A DNA stretch of 64,000 bases from Gnetum montanum. Its lineage: Eukaryota; Plantae; Gnetophyta. Position 1 is the stretch's first letter; the number at the start of each line of letters is the position of its first letter. The notes under the pieces were generated by a model. It worked only from the letters and a program-made list of their open reading frames with translations, was not told the DNA's origin and made no database searches. Below are positions 47,524 to 62,370 of the stretch, piece by piece. The translations under genes and the position numbers were made by a program. Where the stretch lies: NCBI GenBank assembly GCA_015680685.1, contig MNCI01000808.1, positions 94,667 through 158,666 on the forward strand, given 5' to 3'.

Positions 47524-50460
47524 TGTTGACATCAAAGGTTGCCACTTCACCTAGAGTAATAGAAGGAAAGGACCTAATCAGGTTCTTTCTAGGATTGATA
47601 GGATTTGGGTTTGTACAAAGCTTTTTCTCACTTGTGGAATTTCTATTACTTGTCATGAGTGGAGAGCATTGTACCATAGGGGTCTTGTGTGTTCTATCTG
47701 TTCTACTCATAAGCCATGACCTGCCCCCTTCAGGCTGGAATGGGCTTGGCTAACTAAACCCTTGTTCAATCAACTATTGTTGGATATATGGGGAAAATAT
47801 CCCTTGTAGGTTGATCCACGAGAGTTCCTGAAACAAGTGCTTTCCTTGGTTGACAAGGGGATCTTGAAAATCTAGATAATTGAGTAGTATACTTTCAAAG
47901 CCTACTACGTTGACCTACAATGAAGGCTACTAGACATTCTGACTAGATAGGAAGGTGGTGAATCCCTAGATGAGAAAGAACATGATCTCTTTGTTAGCCT
48001 ACAATAGCTATCAAAGGAAGAATAGTAATGGAAAGAAAGATTGCATGTTAAATGGCTTAGGAACGATGACAGAAACACAAGATTCTTTTCTACCATGGCA
48101 AAAGCCAACAAGGAGGCCAAAAGGATACACATTATCTCTTGGCCCTAGGGGGAGGAGGAACTTGGTACATGATACTTACACCATTGCCCAAGCTATGTAG
48201 CAGTATTGGTCCAACATCTAGATTGGGGGAGAACCCTCCCTTGTCTCCATCCCCATTCAACGGGTCATTTGGAAGGAGAACAATGAAAGACTCATCACTC
48301 CTATCACCAAACAGGAACTCTTAGAAGCCATGTCCTTGAAAATGGCTAGGGCCCTAGGGCTGGATGGATGGCCAATTGAGTTCTTTAGAGAATTCTTCAA
48401 CATCCTAGGGGATAATATCATTGATGCCTTCAACTTCATGCTCAAATGGGACCAGGTTAGACATGAGATTAATTGCTCAGGAATTGGGCTCATACCAAAG
48501 ATCCCAAATCCCATAGGACAAGCACACTTTTAGCCCACAGGGGTATGTAATAGCCGTCTTAGGTTGTTCATGAAGATCTTTGTCAAGCATCTCCAACCAT
48601 TGATGCCATCCCCTGTGGGTATTCAACAAGCTGGATTTGTGAAGGGGAGGTATATTTAGAACAAAGCACTACTATTACAATTGATCATGCATTTTATTTA
48701 GAGAGTCAAATTTCTAGGTATGTGGATCAAATTGGATATCACTAAAGCATACAATACTATGTATTGGGCTCTTTTAGAAACATTATGCTTCATAAAGGAA
48801 TTTACCTAAAGTTTGTTAATTTATTTGTAGATTTGAAGGAGTTAGAGGGCTTAACATTAAGGGAATTAGATCCATAGCTAAACATTATGTGGATGACACA
48901 ATTTTGGTGACTAGGACAGTCGTATTATAGGCAAAAGGTGTTGCTACAATCCTAGAATGTCCTAGGAGGTTGGCCTTGCAGTCAATTGGGATAAGTCTAT
49001 GGCCCATTTCTTTTGTATGGAGGTGACGATTAAAGGCAAAATATGTCACTCGTTGGGAACCTGTAGGGGTCCTCTAAAGATTCCTATTTGGGAATCACCA
49101 TTTGCCCCTAGAATAGGAATCTGTCGTGGACGTTGCTTATCCAAAAGATCCATATTATAGTGAAATACTGGACTTTTCGTTTTCTAACTAGCAAGGGGCA
49201 AATGCTTCTTACCTTGTTAGTCCTCTTTGCCATGGCTAGATTCGTTGCCTCTGTCATTGCACCTTTGAAAGGAGTTATTAGAAAAGTGGAACAAATCGTT
49301 TGGAACTACATCAGGTTAGGAGGAAAGGGAGGGGATTGAATGCACATTGTCTGCTAATTACGAACTCAATTTTGGTAGATTTTGCATGTTGTGTTTTGTC
49401 CATTCATGTAAAACCTTGTACAAACTGCATGTTCCTGTTTAATATTAGTGAGTTTTCAAAAATGTGTTTTGTTTACTCAATTTTGCAGAGAGGCGACTAT
49501 AGTTGCTAGTAGATACATAGATGTCGATCAAGGTAGTTGTCTCTAGCCAAGCTTGTAGAGTGCTGTAAGAGGTAGGGAACAGGGAAGGAGTGATCCACCA
49601 TAGATTGTTTGAGGTAGTGGAGGTTGTTGGAATTCTGGGGGGGTACACTTAAGGGTACTAAGTTCTTACTTGGGGGATTTGGCCAACCACTAAGCATGAG
49701 TAAGGGATGAGTGTTGTGGACTAGTGGTTGTGTGAAAGAATTGTTTGTCAAAGTGCATAATGTATTTTTTTCCTTTACTCATGGAATTGTTGAAACTTCT
49801 AGTTATTGTAAGCTAATTCAAGATTTTGGTTTATAGACAAACCTTCTTGTTGCAGCCATGTCAACCATTTTGGTTCAAATCTTGTTTTGTGTCTGTTGGT
49901 GGTTGTGGGAAGTTAATCCTTATTGAGATTGTGTATCACTCCCTTTTTTTTTATTATAAAAAATTTACAATAGGGTGAGGATGTTCAGTTGTTAGAGGAC
50001 CATACTATTGCAAGAAAGATTCAATCTTGATTAGGATTTTTTTTATTTGTCTTAGAAGGTGAGGCAAATGCTAAACTAGTTTAGACAATAGAATTATGTG
50101 TGTGTGTTTTAATATTGATTATTGAAATGGTTGTATTTTAAGTGTTGAACTTTTGAGATTGGCCATGCCATATAGTCTCTTTTGTTAGGACAATATATTT
50201 AAACAATTGTATGCATATGTGTGTTTCTAGCTAATCAAGTTCTAAGTTGAACCACTATCTATTGTGGCACTAAACTTTGAATAGTTATGTAGTTGCAAAT
50301 CTGCTTTGGAAAACATTTTTTGTGTTGTAAATCATTAAGCGGTACTCCTTTGTTTTTTGATTGATTGATCATGTAAGCCCACGTATATTCAAAATGTACT
50401 ACATAATGTGATTTAGAATTTATTATTTTAGAATTTGCACATGGTATCCAATTGATCAAG

Positions 50461-50632
50461 AGACTACCACTTGGAATGATGGTAGGGTACTTGTTTCTCA
50501 AGTCATAAGACCTAAGTTCGAGCCTGGGCATAGTCACTTGAAAGAGATTAGGCTTTCGTTCATCTACCAACCCTCCTGGGACCTCACCTTGCTAAGATAA
50601 GCATTAAGTTGTTGGGTGATGATCCTTTTTTT
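50461..50632 (+). mobile_element. SINE family 1
   Basis: tggaatgatggt, agttcgagcc, 3' gggtgatgatccttttttt. Confidence 0.78.
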
Positions 50633-51694
50633 ATCCAATGGATCATTTTTTAATGGTTGACTATTTGAACTAATATTAGTTCTATAATTTTCACCTTCTT
50701 GTTTAGGTCTCAATTTGGGGCTTGATAGAACTTGAGCAAATATTGCTTCCAAACTAGAGAAGCAAAGTATTAGAAGTAAAATAAAATACATGAAATGTAA
50801 TTTTAGTGAATGTATGAACAATGATGAAATAGAAATAATAATTTAAGGCCAAAATGCCCCTTGTTGTAAACAAGTTTCTTATCTATGTAAAAGGCTTCGA
50901 ACAGATGGTGAAATTGATAAGGATATAAGAAATAAGAATGAGGTAGCATAGTCAAAATAGAGATAGGCTAGGGAGGGCTCTAAAAATTGGTTTTTTGTTT
51001 TGGAGCAGATAAATGAAGAAGTGTTGGACCAAGAAGGTGTGGTGGATGAGAACATGAATTTTGCCCCTTAAAATGAGACCCCAATGAAATAGGCTGTTGA
51101 GGAGTTGCTTGCCAAAAAGCTATTTAGGGAGCTTCCTCCCTTGGGTAAGAGGGTTACACCACTTCAAGGGATGTCCAAGTCCTCTCCATTGCCTAAACTA
51201 GTTAAGCACCAGATTCTTAAGCAAAATAATACTAGAGGTTTTAATGTCTATTTAGAGTCCTACAAGGTGGGAAAGCTGACTTTCTTGGAAACTAGGCTTA
51301 AGAAAACAAAGCAAGATCTAGATATGGGAATTCAAGGGACCCTTAAGGAGGTCTATAGGAAGTGGTCTACTAGTAGACCATGAAGCTCCTCACTTGGACT
51401 TGTAGGGGCCAAGGTATTCCTTATAAAAGGCATCCCCTTAAGGACATTACAAGATAGGGAGATTGTGGCATGGTTTTCTTGCATCAAACAAAGATTTTGA
51501 GTCCATGGCGAGATATCCTTTTTTTGGCAAGGATGAGATTCTTTTTTTGTGGATGCCCAAGGTAGCATAGGTGGGCTAGCTACGCTAACAAAGCTTAAAG
51601 TTCATTACCAATTTAGTTTAAATTATAGCTTGATAGTTTTTCTCCTTGGGGAGAATCTTTGCGTCATACATTTTTATGGTCTATAGGTAGTGGT

Positions 51695-54600
51695 TGTAAC
51701 ACACTGCCCTAGCTAGGGTAGGGTGATGCCTAGGATCAAGTAATCTTAGAACGGAAGCATGATAACTAAAAACCAACAATGTGTAGAATACATGATGTTA
51801 AGGAAGGTCAAATGGTACAGAAATTTCCTACCACACCAAAAACTAAACATACATTTCACTTTATAAAAATGCATGTCTCTACATAAAGCAAACTATGCAC
51901 TGCTATGCTAAAATACCAAAACACATAAACGTCATTATCATACAACAATATCTAGTCCACACTACTATACATGAAAATATTTATTAACCAAGCACTGAAG
52001 ATTTTCCCCTCTACTCTCCCTCTCCATGCTCGTCTAAGCTCTTGCGCCTTTCACCTATAATTAAATAAAGTCAATACACAATTGAGTGGGAAGCCTTCAC
52101 GCTTCCCTTGCTAGATGGTCGAGAAGTGCTGCACTAAAGGAGAGGAGTGGGGTACAAGGCAACTTGTAACAACTGTTAGTCTTATGCATGCTCAAAACAA
52201 CACACCATATAATCCATAATGCTAACATACTCTCATACAATCATAGATAAAGCCATGGCTTGACATCATATGTCTTGCCCATGTCATCATACCCAAACAG
52301 TCCATGATCCACACAATCATAATCCAATCAGAACACATATTATCAATGATATGACTCACAAACTGATACTATCATATACATAGCCCATGTGGTTACTAGC
52401 ATATTCGCACTTAGTGTAGTATGTGAAATGTTGCCATGAGTACTCATAATAGCCATTGCTTGTAGGTCTTTTATTTATCCAACTAGTGCTAGGGCCTGTC
52501 AACTTGTGACCTGCAACCACTAGCCTTTTGGAGGATTGGCGATAGGGATGAACACACCTACACCATGGACTAGCCATAGGGACAAACACACCTACACTCT
52601 CCCACTCTCAGGATGAGGCCTGAGATAGGAGCCTCACTGATGCATCACAGTGGAAGTCAATCCTTACTACCTTCAAAGTGCCTCATCACCAATAAGTCCA
52701 CACCCTCATCCTAGCACCACCCGCCAATGACCCACCAACACATGTCATAAGCACCACACCCCAAACAAACATAACCACACATATCCACCCCTAACAATTA
52801 TAGTCATTCCATGAAAACAATACCATGATTCAACAAAACAACATGAATACCTTGATATGACAAAACAATACCATATTTCTCAAACGACATGTATTTCCAT
52901 ATAAATGGCCACTATCATAACCTTTAGAAAGATATATGCCCAAAGAGAACTAATTCCACGATTAGAAAGCCTTTCCCAAAATGATCCCAATGACACTAAT
53001 TTTACCTAAATCAGACTCTCCAGAGCAAAGTTATGCGCATTCAAAGTTTGATTAATAAAATAATAATTAAATAATATTTAATTGCCACCAAGAAGGATTG
53101 GAACTCCCAAAAATGCTCGTGCCCCAATAGGCCCAGCAAATATCATATTCCAATCATACAAGTCTCATCAACATCACATATCATATTCTACAAGTCCACA
53201 TCATACCATACATTGCATATATATTAATATACAATTTGTAACCAAAATCGGATAATTTCGAGAAGTAGGCACAATAACATGTCCAAGCTCAATCTTTGAC
53301 TGATCTGCCCCACATGCCGACATCGCATAATCATATACACTAATTTAGCACCAAAATGCAGGGAAAAGGTAAAGACAACCCACCAATTAAAATTGCTGGG
53401 CAGAAAGGCCAAAACAAGTTTTGCACCTACATAGACATGATTGCAACAATACCAAATCTAGGTTCAGAGCAAGCAAAAATTGTCCACAAAGCTCAAAATT
53501 TAGAAAAATGTAGAATAGAAGAAGAAAGCAGACAGAAAAATAGAAGAAAACAGGCTCTTGTGCATTTTTGTTTCCTCAAAAACAAAGAAAATAGACAAAA
53601 CTGGATTTGTTTATGCTGTTATAATCAGATCTGAAAACAATTAGATCTGAAAACACAGATCTGAAAAACACAGATCTGAAAACACAGATCTGAAAACACA
53701 CTACAAATGCTCTAGAGAAATTATTAAAAACCCTACAGATCTGAATAAATTATTAGAGGCAAAATATTGCATTGTAAGAAACACTATAAACCACTCTCAA
53801 AACATTCCAAACTCTAGCAAACATTTGCTGTGATAACAGAATGAAAGCAGAATGAAAACAGTAAAAAGGAAATAGCACAAGAACATAGAGAGTTACGTGG
53901 TTCGGGCCCCTTTTACCCTACTTCCACAACAATGCTAATCTGCCTTCTATTCTTCTCAAATCTTAAGGACACAAGCCGTCCTTGCAACTTTTCAAACACA
54001 CAATCTATTATTCCAACAGATCTCAGATCAACACCAACAAGACTCACGTCTCCAAGGTAAAACCTTGATACAATCCTTTCACTTTGAAGCACTTACTAAA
54101 GGCTACCCCAAACCTTCTATTTATGAAGAAACATGAGGACCAAACCCCAATCCTCATTCATGTGGGATAAAATATCAAGCCTCCTATATATGAGGAAACA
54201 TTAGGACTAAACCCCAATCCTAATACATGTGGGATAAAACACATCCCCACATCAAATGCAACATAAAAGGAAATACAACAATTAATGTATTTGGCTTCAT
54301 TTTTCCAACATATGCGTGGCAGCGCAAAAGGGCGGTGGGAAAAGCATAAGAATAAAACACAACTATGCTTTTAAGCATATGTTAAAAACAAATATACAAG
54401 CAACCTTTTTTTTCCCTTGGCACACGTCACGTGCAACCTAACGTTAGTTTTTTTTTTGTTTTAAATTTAATTTATTTTATTTTTTTAAATATGTCATTTT
54501 TATAAGCTAAGATATTTTTTTCCTTTGCAACTAATACTTTGAACTTCAATTATGCATAACAAGCACACTGAGACTCTAAATCAAAATCCGTTTGAACCTA

Positions 54601-54972
54601 TGAGATTCTTATCATACGCTTTACACATTCACATGCCAAAACCACACCTGAACAATTTGCAACATAGTGCTAGAGTACAAATGCCTAAATATTGAAATCA
54701 CACATAAAACATAAAGACATACTAGATAGGTGCTCTTATAACCTAGTCCAACACCCCTATGAACAACCTCATCTACTTAGCACATCACACAAGGCTAGTG
54801 TATATAATCACGTTAATTAAGCATGTGAAGACATCATAATCGTAGCATAAAGACGAAGCCTCATAACATATGAAATACATTAACTCGTCCTCAACAACCC
54901 ACCGGGACTCCACACGTATGTATAAATCATAAGCGTATGGCCATACCTACCATCATTAGATGAGATGTAACA
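51695..54972. mobile_element. Solo LTR (Ty3/gypsy-like, TGTAAC...GTAACA) with TSD GTGGT/GTGGC
   Basis: gtggt|tgtaacacac ... gagatgtaaca|gtggc. Confidence 0.8.
53617..54310 (-). mobile_element. Copia-like solo LTR with perfect TSD TATGC, nested in the solo LTR above
   Basis: tatgc|tgttataatc...ttccaaca|tatgc; gaaccacgtaa motif on the - strand; internal cagatctgaaaaca repeats at 53626-53700; absent from the paralogue at ~38650. Confidence 0.88.
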
Positions 54973-55344
54973 GTGGCTAAATGGTTGTAGGAGTTTTTTT
55001 TAATTGTAGGAAAAATCCAAAATCATGACATTGAATTATAGTAGGGGATTTCAATTAGAGACTCCACAGTTGAAAGAAATCCAAAGGAGAAGAGTTTGAG
55101 CCTCCATGGAGTCTTGAATACCTCCAATTTATGCAACATTTTAATATGGTTGATTTGGAGATCCTGGGATAGGAATATACTTGGTCTAGTCAATACAAAG
55201 GTGTAGATCATGTTCTTTCTAGAATTGGTCATATCTAGGTAAGCTCGTTACTATTATTGTGGTTCCAATTCATGCTTTCTACCATTGACTATAGAGCCTT
55301 TTATCATAGATCTCTTATATTGGCTTAAGTGGAGCATGTTCACT

Positions 55345-56240
55345 CTGATAATTAATCATCTTCAAATTTGAAACCTAGATATTATAAAAAGATAATAACT
55401 TTTGCTAGAAAATAAGAAACCTAGATATCTTCAATTATTCAATTAGAAGATTACAACAGGGTTCCCAAAACCCACAAAACATCAAAACCTCTCAAAATAG
55501 TCAAACGATGTTGTAGAGCATGAGGCTTTGCAACTACACAATGGTTGTTCTTAATGCAAGACACAACTAATGGAAAATCTCTCTCACAACCCAAGACTAA
55601 GATTCAATTCAGAGAAGTAAACAAGAGACAAGAACACATAGGCCAATGCATACGCATTGACCTTGGAGATGCAACCACACCTGCACTAACTCGATGTGCT
55701 CTATCACACTCTTGCAAAGCTCTCCTCAACTCAAGAGTTTTCACCAAGACTTCTCTCTCACTCTTGGTCTATCCATGTATAAGCATGAAACACCAACAAA
55801 ATTTATTAAGAAAACAAGATACAAACCTAGGGAAACCTTCCACAAGCTCAACGTGGAGTTCTCACACTATTTGTCTTTTTCCTCTATCTTTTAATTGTTT
55901 CCCAACTGAGAACGGCAAAATTTGGAAGTTTCCTGACCATACGGGTCATCTTTGGCCTCCTTGGGTTGTCTCCTGCAAAAAACATCACTTTCAAGCAAGA
56001 CATTTGCTATTTTGGGAGACGTCTCCTCCTTAGGTGAGATGTCTCCTTCTACACAAGACATCTTACTGGAGACATCTCCTCTATAGGCAAGACGTCTCTT
56101 GTAATTCCAAGATGCCTTTTGCCAAACCAAGACATCTTCTGTGAAGATTCCACTCCCGGCCAAGACATCTCCACAGAGCCTGAAACTTGCAAAACACACA
56201 CATAAGAAAGAACAAGGGGATCGGAAGAGGTGTCCCTACA
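55345..56240 (-). mobile_element. LTR fragment interrupting LINE D
   Basis: Ends gtgtccctaCA, with internal agacatct repeats; LINE frame resumes at 56241. Left boundary and TSD unclear. Confidence 0.55.
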
Positions 56241-56796
56241 CTATTAAATCATGAAACGATAAATAGAATTGGTTCTTCCTCTTCTAGGTTTGAAGGTGTT
56301 TGGCTACAAGAACCTTGGTTAAAGAAGTTGATTGTCGAAGCTTGGGCCAATTACCAAATATATATGACCCTAGGGAGTTCCTAAAGCAAGCTTTGGCTTG
56401 GATCAAGAGGGGCATTAAAAGGCAATCCAAACAAGACAAATACTTCTTTAAATTCCTTAGGGATTCAAACCTGCAATGTGTTATCCAGATTTAGACATTG
56501 CAAGAGTAGGGGCTAGACTTTGCTAATAAGGAGATTCAGGTTCTAAGAGAACTCCAACTTCTATCTCAAGGAAAAGAGCTCTATTAGAAGGAGCACTCCT
56601 GGACATGATGGCTAAAGGAGGGTGATGATAATACAAAGTTCTTTTTGCAGCTACTAAGGCTAATAGAAATGCTTGTCAAATTCATATGATCTAGGTTGGG
56701 GAAGAGTTAACAATTGACCTTAACAAGATTGTGAAGGATGTTCAGTACTATTAAAAACTATTGCATCTATTGCATATTATCTATATTTAGTAGCAC

Positions 56797-59700
56797 TGTG
56801 ACACTTTAAAAACTAGCATCGTCTAGGGTTATTGCTAACACTTTGCATCACTATTGAAGCTAGAAAACATCAAACATTTGCATGACTCACTTGTTTCGAG
56901 TTTCATTTTACAAGTAGCAAAAATGGATGTGGTTGGATGTACTCTTATTCTTCCACTATGTTTCCACCATACAAGATCATTTAATCTATAATAGGCTTCA
57001 AAAAATGGTTGGGAATAAAAATGTATAGATTTCAACAACTTTTCTCATGTAATGTGGCGTTGCATTTCCACATTGAGGGTCATACAACACGATGAATTTG
57101 GTCACCATTTGGCCATGAGTTGGGTTATCTTTGGGTTCTAACTACATAAACAAAGCTTGGCTCAACCACCATTTTTAGACTACACCTCAATATACCCTCA
57201 AGATAGGTGACTAGGGATCATACATGAGGTGGGTACACACTTACGAATGGCACTTGCATCATTGAAAACCTTCGGGTGTTGTGCAACTCAACCCCCTTAG
57301 GTCCAATGGCTTAGGATATTAGGTTAAAGTAAGCATATGTATGGGTAGGGTTGGATAGTGGTGTTCATCTCCACATTTAGGGTGTATGCAAAATAAATAA
57401 ACAATGCAACCCATCCATTCAAGGTATTGAGATGAATACATTAGTATTAAAATGATTAATTGATCCCTAAAAATAATACATGCTTCACACAATGCACACC
57501 AATCAAATGCATCATCCACCTAGTTACTAATTGTGAGTTTAGGTGAACTGCTTATCTGAGGGCCCAAAGGGCTTCTAATCATAATTCATGTAGGTTAATT
57601 TTATGGAAAGCAAATAAACATACATGATCACACATATTTTCTTTTTTTCTTCTTTGCATAAATAAAAGAATATAATTGTTGATAAATAAATAGGGCTAGC
57701 ATATTGAAGCAATTATAAATAAACAATATTTATCTTGCATGAAAGAAAAATCTAACTATTAAAAAATACACAAAACATTCATGTAATAAAAGACTTACTC
57801 CAAGGAGACTTTTATGCTTCCAAGATGCAATATTCCCATCAGACAAATGAAAAAGTAACTATGCATCTCAAGTGTATTTTAAATGCCATATAAGAACTAG
57901 TTTACATCATGCAATAGAGGGAGTTATAATAGTTAGGGTTTGTTTTTCATTGGACAATTAGCCAATGCTTTCCTTTATTTTCAGACATCCAAAATTAGGC
58001 AACCAAAGTCTGAAAGTAGGGCTTTAATTTTTAGCAAACAAATCTGTGTTTACGAGAGATGGAGGACCTAAAAATAAATATGAAATTATAATCTACACAG
58101 TTCCGGGGAGTTAGGATTTGACAAGGTTTTGTTTTGGGAGATAGAATCTTGGGAAATAGATTACCAGCCATAATAATAATAATAATAACAACAATAACAG
58201 TCCCCTGTGTTTTAATTTCTCAAGCTAAAACAAAGTATAGATAGTCTCTTAATTCCTTTTGTGAAAAAAAGAAAAATAGAGGCATATTCTATACATGATG
58301 GTTATCATTTCCATTTTACCATTATTTAAAAAAATTCAGAAAACAATAAACACTAGATAATGACAAAAAAAAGAAAAAAAGTTATGGCAGTCTTTATACT
58401 AGGTGCAAACATTAAATAATCAAAACTCTGATTTTATGAAGTAAAAAATAAACAAAGTCTCATGTACTCATGTGCAATATGGAAAGGAGGAATAACAATA
58501 AAATCTTATATGTACTAACCTTGAATACCATGATGGATTAACATGGTTCTAAATTTTGAAATCTTTGTTAATAAATTTTCTAGCCTCTTATGTTTTCACC
58601 CTGAGAGAAATGTAGGTTTGAACAAACAACCATTTAACAATGATTTGGGACACAACATCTCTCTTAGAAACCCCTTAAAATTGACCCAACATGAACAATA
58701 CAAAACATGTGCACTTAACAAAAGACACCAAAAATCTTCAATATGCAAAGCTTTATTTTTAATTTTAAAATGAGTACTCAATGGACCTTTTGGCCATCTA
58801 GCTGTGATACACCAAGTCTCTCCAACCGTACAACATTTTGTAGCCCACATAAGAAGAACACTGGTGTTGGATAAAATGGTGGCGGCTAACACCATCAAGC
58901 ACCTCTAAGAACTAAGCCCTTGTAGCCCACACAAGAGATCACTAGCCTTGGATAGAAAGATGGGGGGAAATTCTTTTATAAAAAAAAATGATTACAAACT
59001 CATGAAATACCAAGTACACATGACACAAAACAAATGCTAACTCATAAGCCCAAAACATGCATGCCAAAAATTGGATCCAAGACATATAAGAGACTCCATG
59101 CATAGCTTATAACTCACAAGAAATCTCACATGCTTTCATGAAATAATCCTCACTTGTCCAAGCCAACACAACTTTAAAGACTTACTAAGACTTTTGTACA
59201 ACAAGCCAATGAAATACACACCTTTAATGTTGAATTTGACTGATTTTGGGGGGGGGAGAGAAGACACCTCAAGTTTGTGTTGTTGTCCAGCCAATAACCT
59301 CAAGAAATCAACTTCAAACTACAAGTCCAAGGTGATGTTGAATTCTTTCCACAAAATCAAAGAAAACAGTCCCTTGAATCCACCAAACTGTCCCCAAAAA
59401 TCTGTCACGAAAGCCTCCAGCAGCAGCAAAATCACTTCCAAGAGTCCACAGGAACACTCAAGACATTCCAAAAGATGGCTGAGAACAAGCAAGGGATAGC
59501 CACTCTCCCTCTCTTCTCCTCAACTCCTCACCCCTCCAACTAGCATAGTCTCCCCTTTTTGGCAAAAGTGAAAATAAGAGCAAACACGCCCTCTATTTAT
59601 AGAATGGAGGCGAGTCTAAGGCTTGGGTAAAGACTTGTGCACAAAAGTTTACACAATGGGCAAAGAGTAGACAACCCATTCTTCAAAAATCCTATTTTTA

Positions 59701-60532
59701 TTCCTAACATCATTGTTGCTTGACTTGGATAAGCAAGCTCTCATGAAGGAGTGGACATGTGAGATCGACGACACTTAAGAAAGTTGCATGGCCTCTATTA
59801 AATGAGTCATTTGTCCCTTTTCTAACCATTAATATGAAGTAGACAATTAGCATATAAATAAAATAAATGTCATCATAAGCATGTCATGGAGTATACATCA
59901 CCACCCCACATTGCCTTTTCTTATGGCCCCACCTTTTTGTCTTGTTTTAAGTCACTTTTTAGTTGATATGCTACGAGGGTTTTGAATTTATTTTTGGTCT
60001 TTTATCTATTTTTCACATATCCTTTAATTTATCTAGTAAAAATCATTGATACTAAACTTTTTGTCCATCTAACATTTTACACATGCCAAGCTGGTCGTAA
60101 CAAGTACAAACATGCCATAATTAGCATGCCAGAAATTAATATTTCAATTGAATCAAGGAAAATATGGTCCCATTGGGTACTTTTTAATCGTTTATCATTA
60201 AAATTTCAAAATCTAGGGCTCAAATTGAAAAACTAATTGTAGATCTATACTCTAGATGTGAAGCTGAGTTAGTCCACCAAATTTGAGTGCGATTTGACAA
60301 CCTTGAATTTGACATGTTTTAATTAATCAAATATTCAACAATTTCAAAATTTTAACTAAACGTTAAAATAAACCATGGATCCACATCACATTAATTTCTT
60401 AGCACTATTCTAAAATAATGATAGACTTTGCAATGCTCATATATATATATATAACTTAAAATAATAAAAAATTAGATAAGAGTTGAGAAATAAATAGTAA
60501 TCTTGTTTATGTCACCCAAACAAAGGTCTTCA
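56797..60532. mobile_element. Probable large solo LTR
   Basis: tagcac|TGtgacac ... ggtcttCA|tagtac; TATA-like ctataaatagagg on the - strand at ~59595. Confidence 0.5.
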
Positions 60533-60649
60533 TAGTACTAAGAAGCATTAGGCACATCTATAAAAATATATAAGCTTTAAAACAAATTAAATTCTAAGTA
60601 TTTAATAGAATACTAAGGTGACATGTACAAATGCTTGACTTCTTAGATG

Positions 60650-61010
60650 CCACGTGTTATCCCCTTCAATCTTCTCCCACTCATATAACCTCTAGTTAAA
60701 ATCACCCATCAAAACCAATGCATTGTGATTAGAAATCTTTGCAGCGATTTGATGCAGCTCACGAAGGCAATCAGTCCAGTCTTGGGGCCCATAAAAATGT
60801 GAATCAAATTCCTTGGGCCTCTAGAAATGTGGTGATACACCAACTAGAATTGTGTAAAAGTTCCATTGGCACTTTGAACAGGGTGGGAAGCCTCCTAGCT
60901 CATCCCTGACAGTCAACAAAGAGAGATGTCCAACCTTTCCAACACAGGAGATCTCTCTAAATTGCCTATAGCTTAGTCTCCTGGAGGCAAATAATCTCAC
61001 AACTTACCAT
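60650..61010 (-). mobile_element. LINE endonuclease fragment
   Basis: CEIICLQETKL...WKGWTSLFVD...MGDFN. Confidence 0.75.
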
Positions 61011-61774
61011 AAGATTTTTACAGCAGATACTTTCTTTTTATAATTATCTTTTATTTCAGAAAATCAGTATTGGTTGAAACTAAAATCTGAATATGGTACT
61101 TTGTGCAAGTTAGATGATATTGATCTCTGTTTGGGAAACTTGGAATTGTTTCTGTATTTCAATGTAAGAATATTAGAACCATTTATTTCATGAGAGAAAT
61201 TTGTATCCTCTATATCAGAAAATCTAAGATAATGTTAGAAGAATTGGAATACAATATTCCATGATAGATCTTCAGCTTTTGGCTCATGTGTATCTTGTAT
61301 GGGAATTTTAGGGTTTTTTATCACTGTTATAGGAAAAGAAGCAATGCGGCCACTGTAGTTTTCGGCTATTGCAATTTATCTATTTCATAATTACTATGTT
61401 TTCTTATAGTCGTACTCTTCGAATGACTGATTATGTTTTGAAAGTGCATAACTTAAGATTGTAAAGGTAAATTGATTGCATTAATTTGCTTGTAGTTGAT
61501 CTAGAAGGCTATGGATTCCAAGTTTAATTGTTTAGACATTTGTATTGCATCGTGGATTCATATTGAGAGATGTCATTTGTCATATTGGCATTCTCTTCCT
61601 ACTAAATCCATAAGCCTCTATGTACATTGTATAATATACTGTTTATGCTGAAATGATTGTTGTTAATGTTGGTCTATTTTTCTGTTTGAAAAAAAAATTC
61701 ATTCATGCATTTTCAGCCCGCATTGTTTTTTGGGGGTTTAGGTGTTAGCTCTTGCTCCCTATAGTTGGGTGTTA

Positions 61775-62370
61775 CAATTTGTAAAGAGGAGATATATCCA
61801 AGATCAAATCATTCTTCTTCAAGAATTGATGCACTCAACAAATAAAGCTGAATTCATGGGTATGTTTCTCAAACTTGATATTGTCAAGGCCTATGATTCG
61901 GTTGGTTAGTTTGCCTTGCAGGAAATAATGATAAGGAAAAAAGTCCACAATCACTTTGCTGAGCTATGTTTACAAATATAGAGATTTTGTGCCTTTGCTT
62001 TTGATTTCAGTGGACAACTAGGGAGGTTTTTCTCCCCTCATAGAGGTTTGTGCCAAGGGGATTCCTTCTCTTCCTACCTATTCATACTAGTTATAGACAC
62101 AATGAATGACTATTGTAGGCTTGAAGAAGTAGGGGGGCTCTAAGTGGAAGGTATTGCTTGCCTTGCAAATCATTATGCTGATAACACCATTGTCACCACC
62201 AAGGCCATAGCTCCAGATGCTATTGCTATCAAGAGAGCCCTAGACCACATGGAAAGTGAGCTAGACCTTAAAATTAATTAGAGGAAGTCTAATGCGCACT
62301 TCATTCACATGGAGAGTAGTATGAAGCTTAAAATTTGTAGACTACTGGATATTCAAAATGGATCCTTGCA
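61775..62370 (+). mobile_element. LINE RT fragment (probably copy D)
   Basis: FLKLDIVKAYD, RGLCQGDSFSSYLF, HYADNT. Confidence 0.85.

Larger units (their letters stand above)
45380..49340 (+). mobile_element. L1-clade LINE copy C (ORF1, ORF2 EN and RT; 3' end lost)
   Basis: ORF1 MGFARFCV...CGICGKENH; ORF2 ATG 46866 [10 protein letters not shown]; ARALGLDGWPIEFFREF; IKLDITKAY; HYVDDT. Confidence 0.88.
50960..56755 (+). mobile_element. L1-clade LINE copy D, 5' part (ORF1 end, EN, linker), split by LTR insertions
   Basis: ORF2 ATG 51380 MKLLTWTCRG; SRFEGVWLQEPW; LKEGDDNTKFF. Confidence 0.8.
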
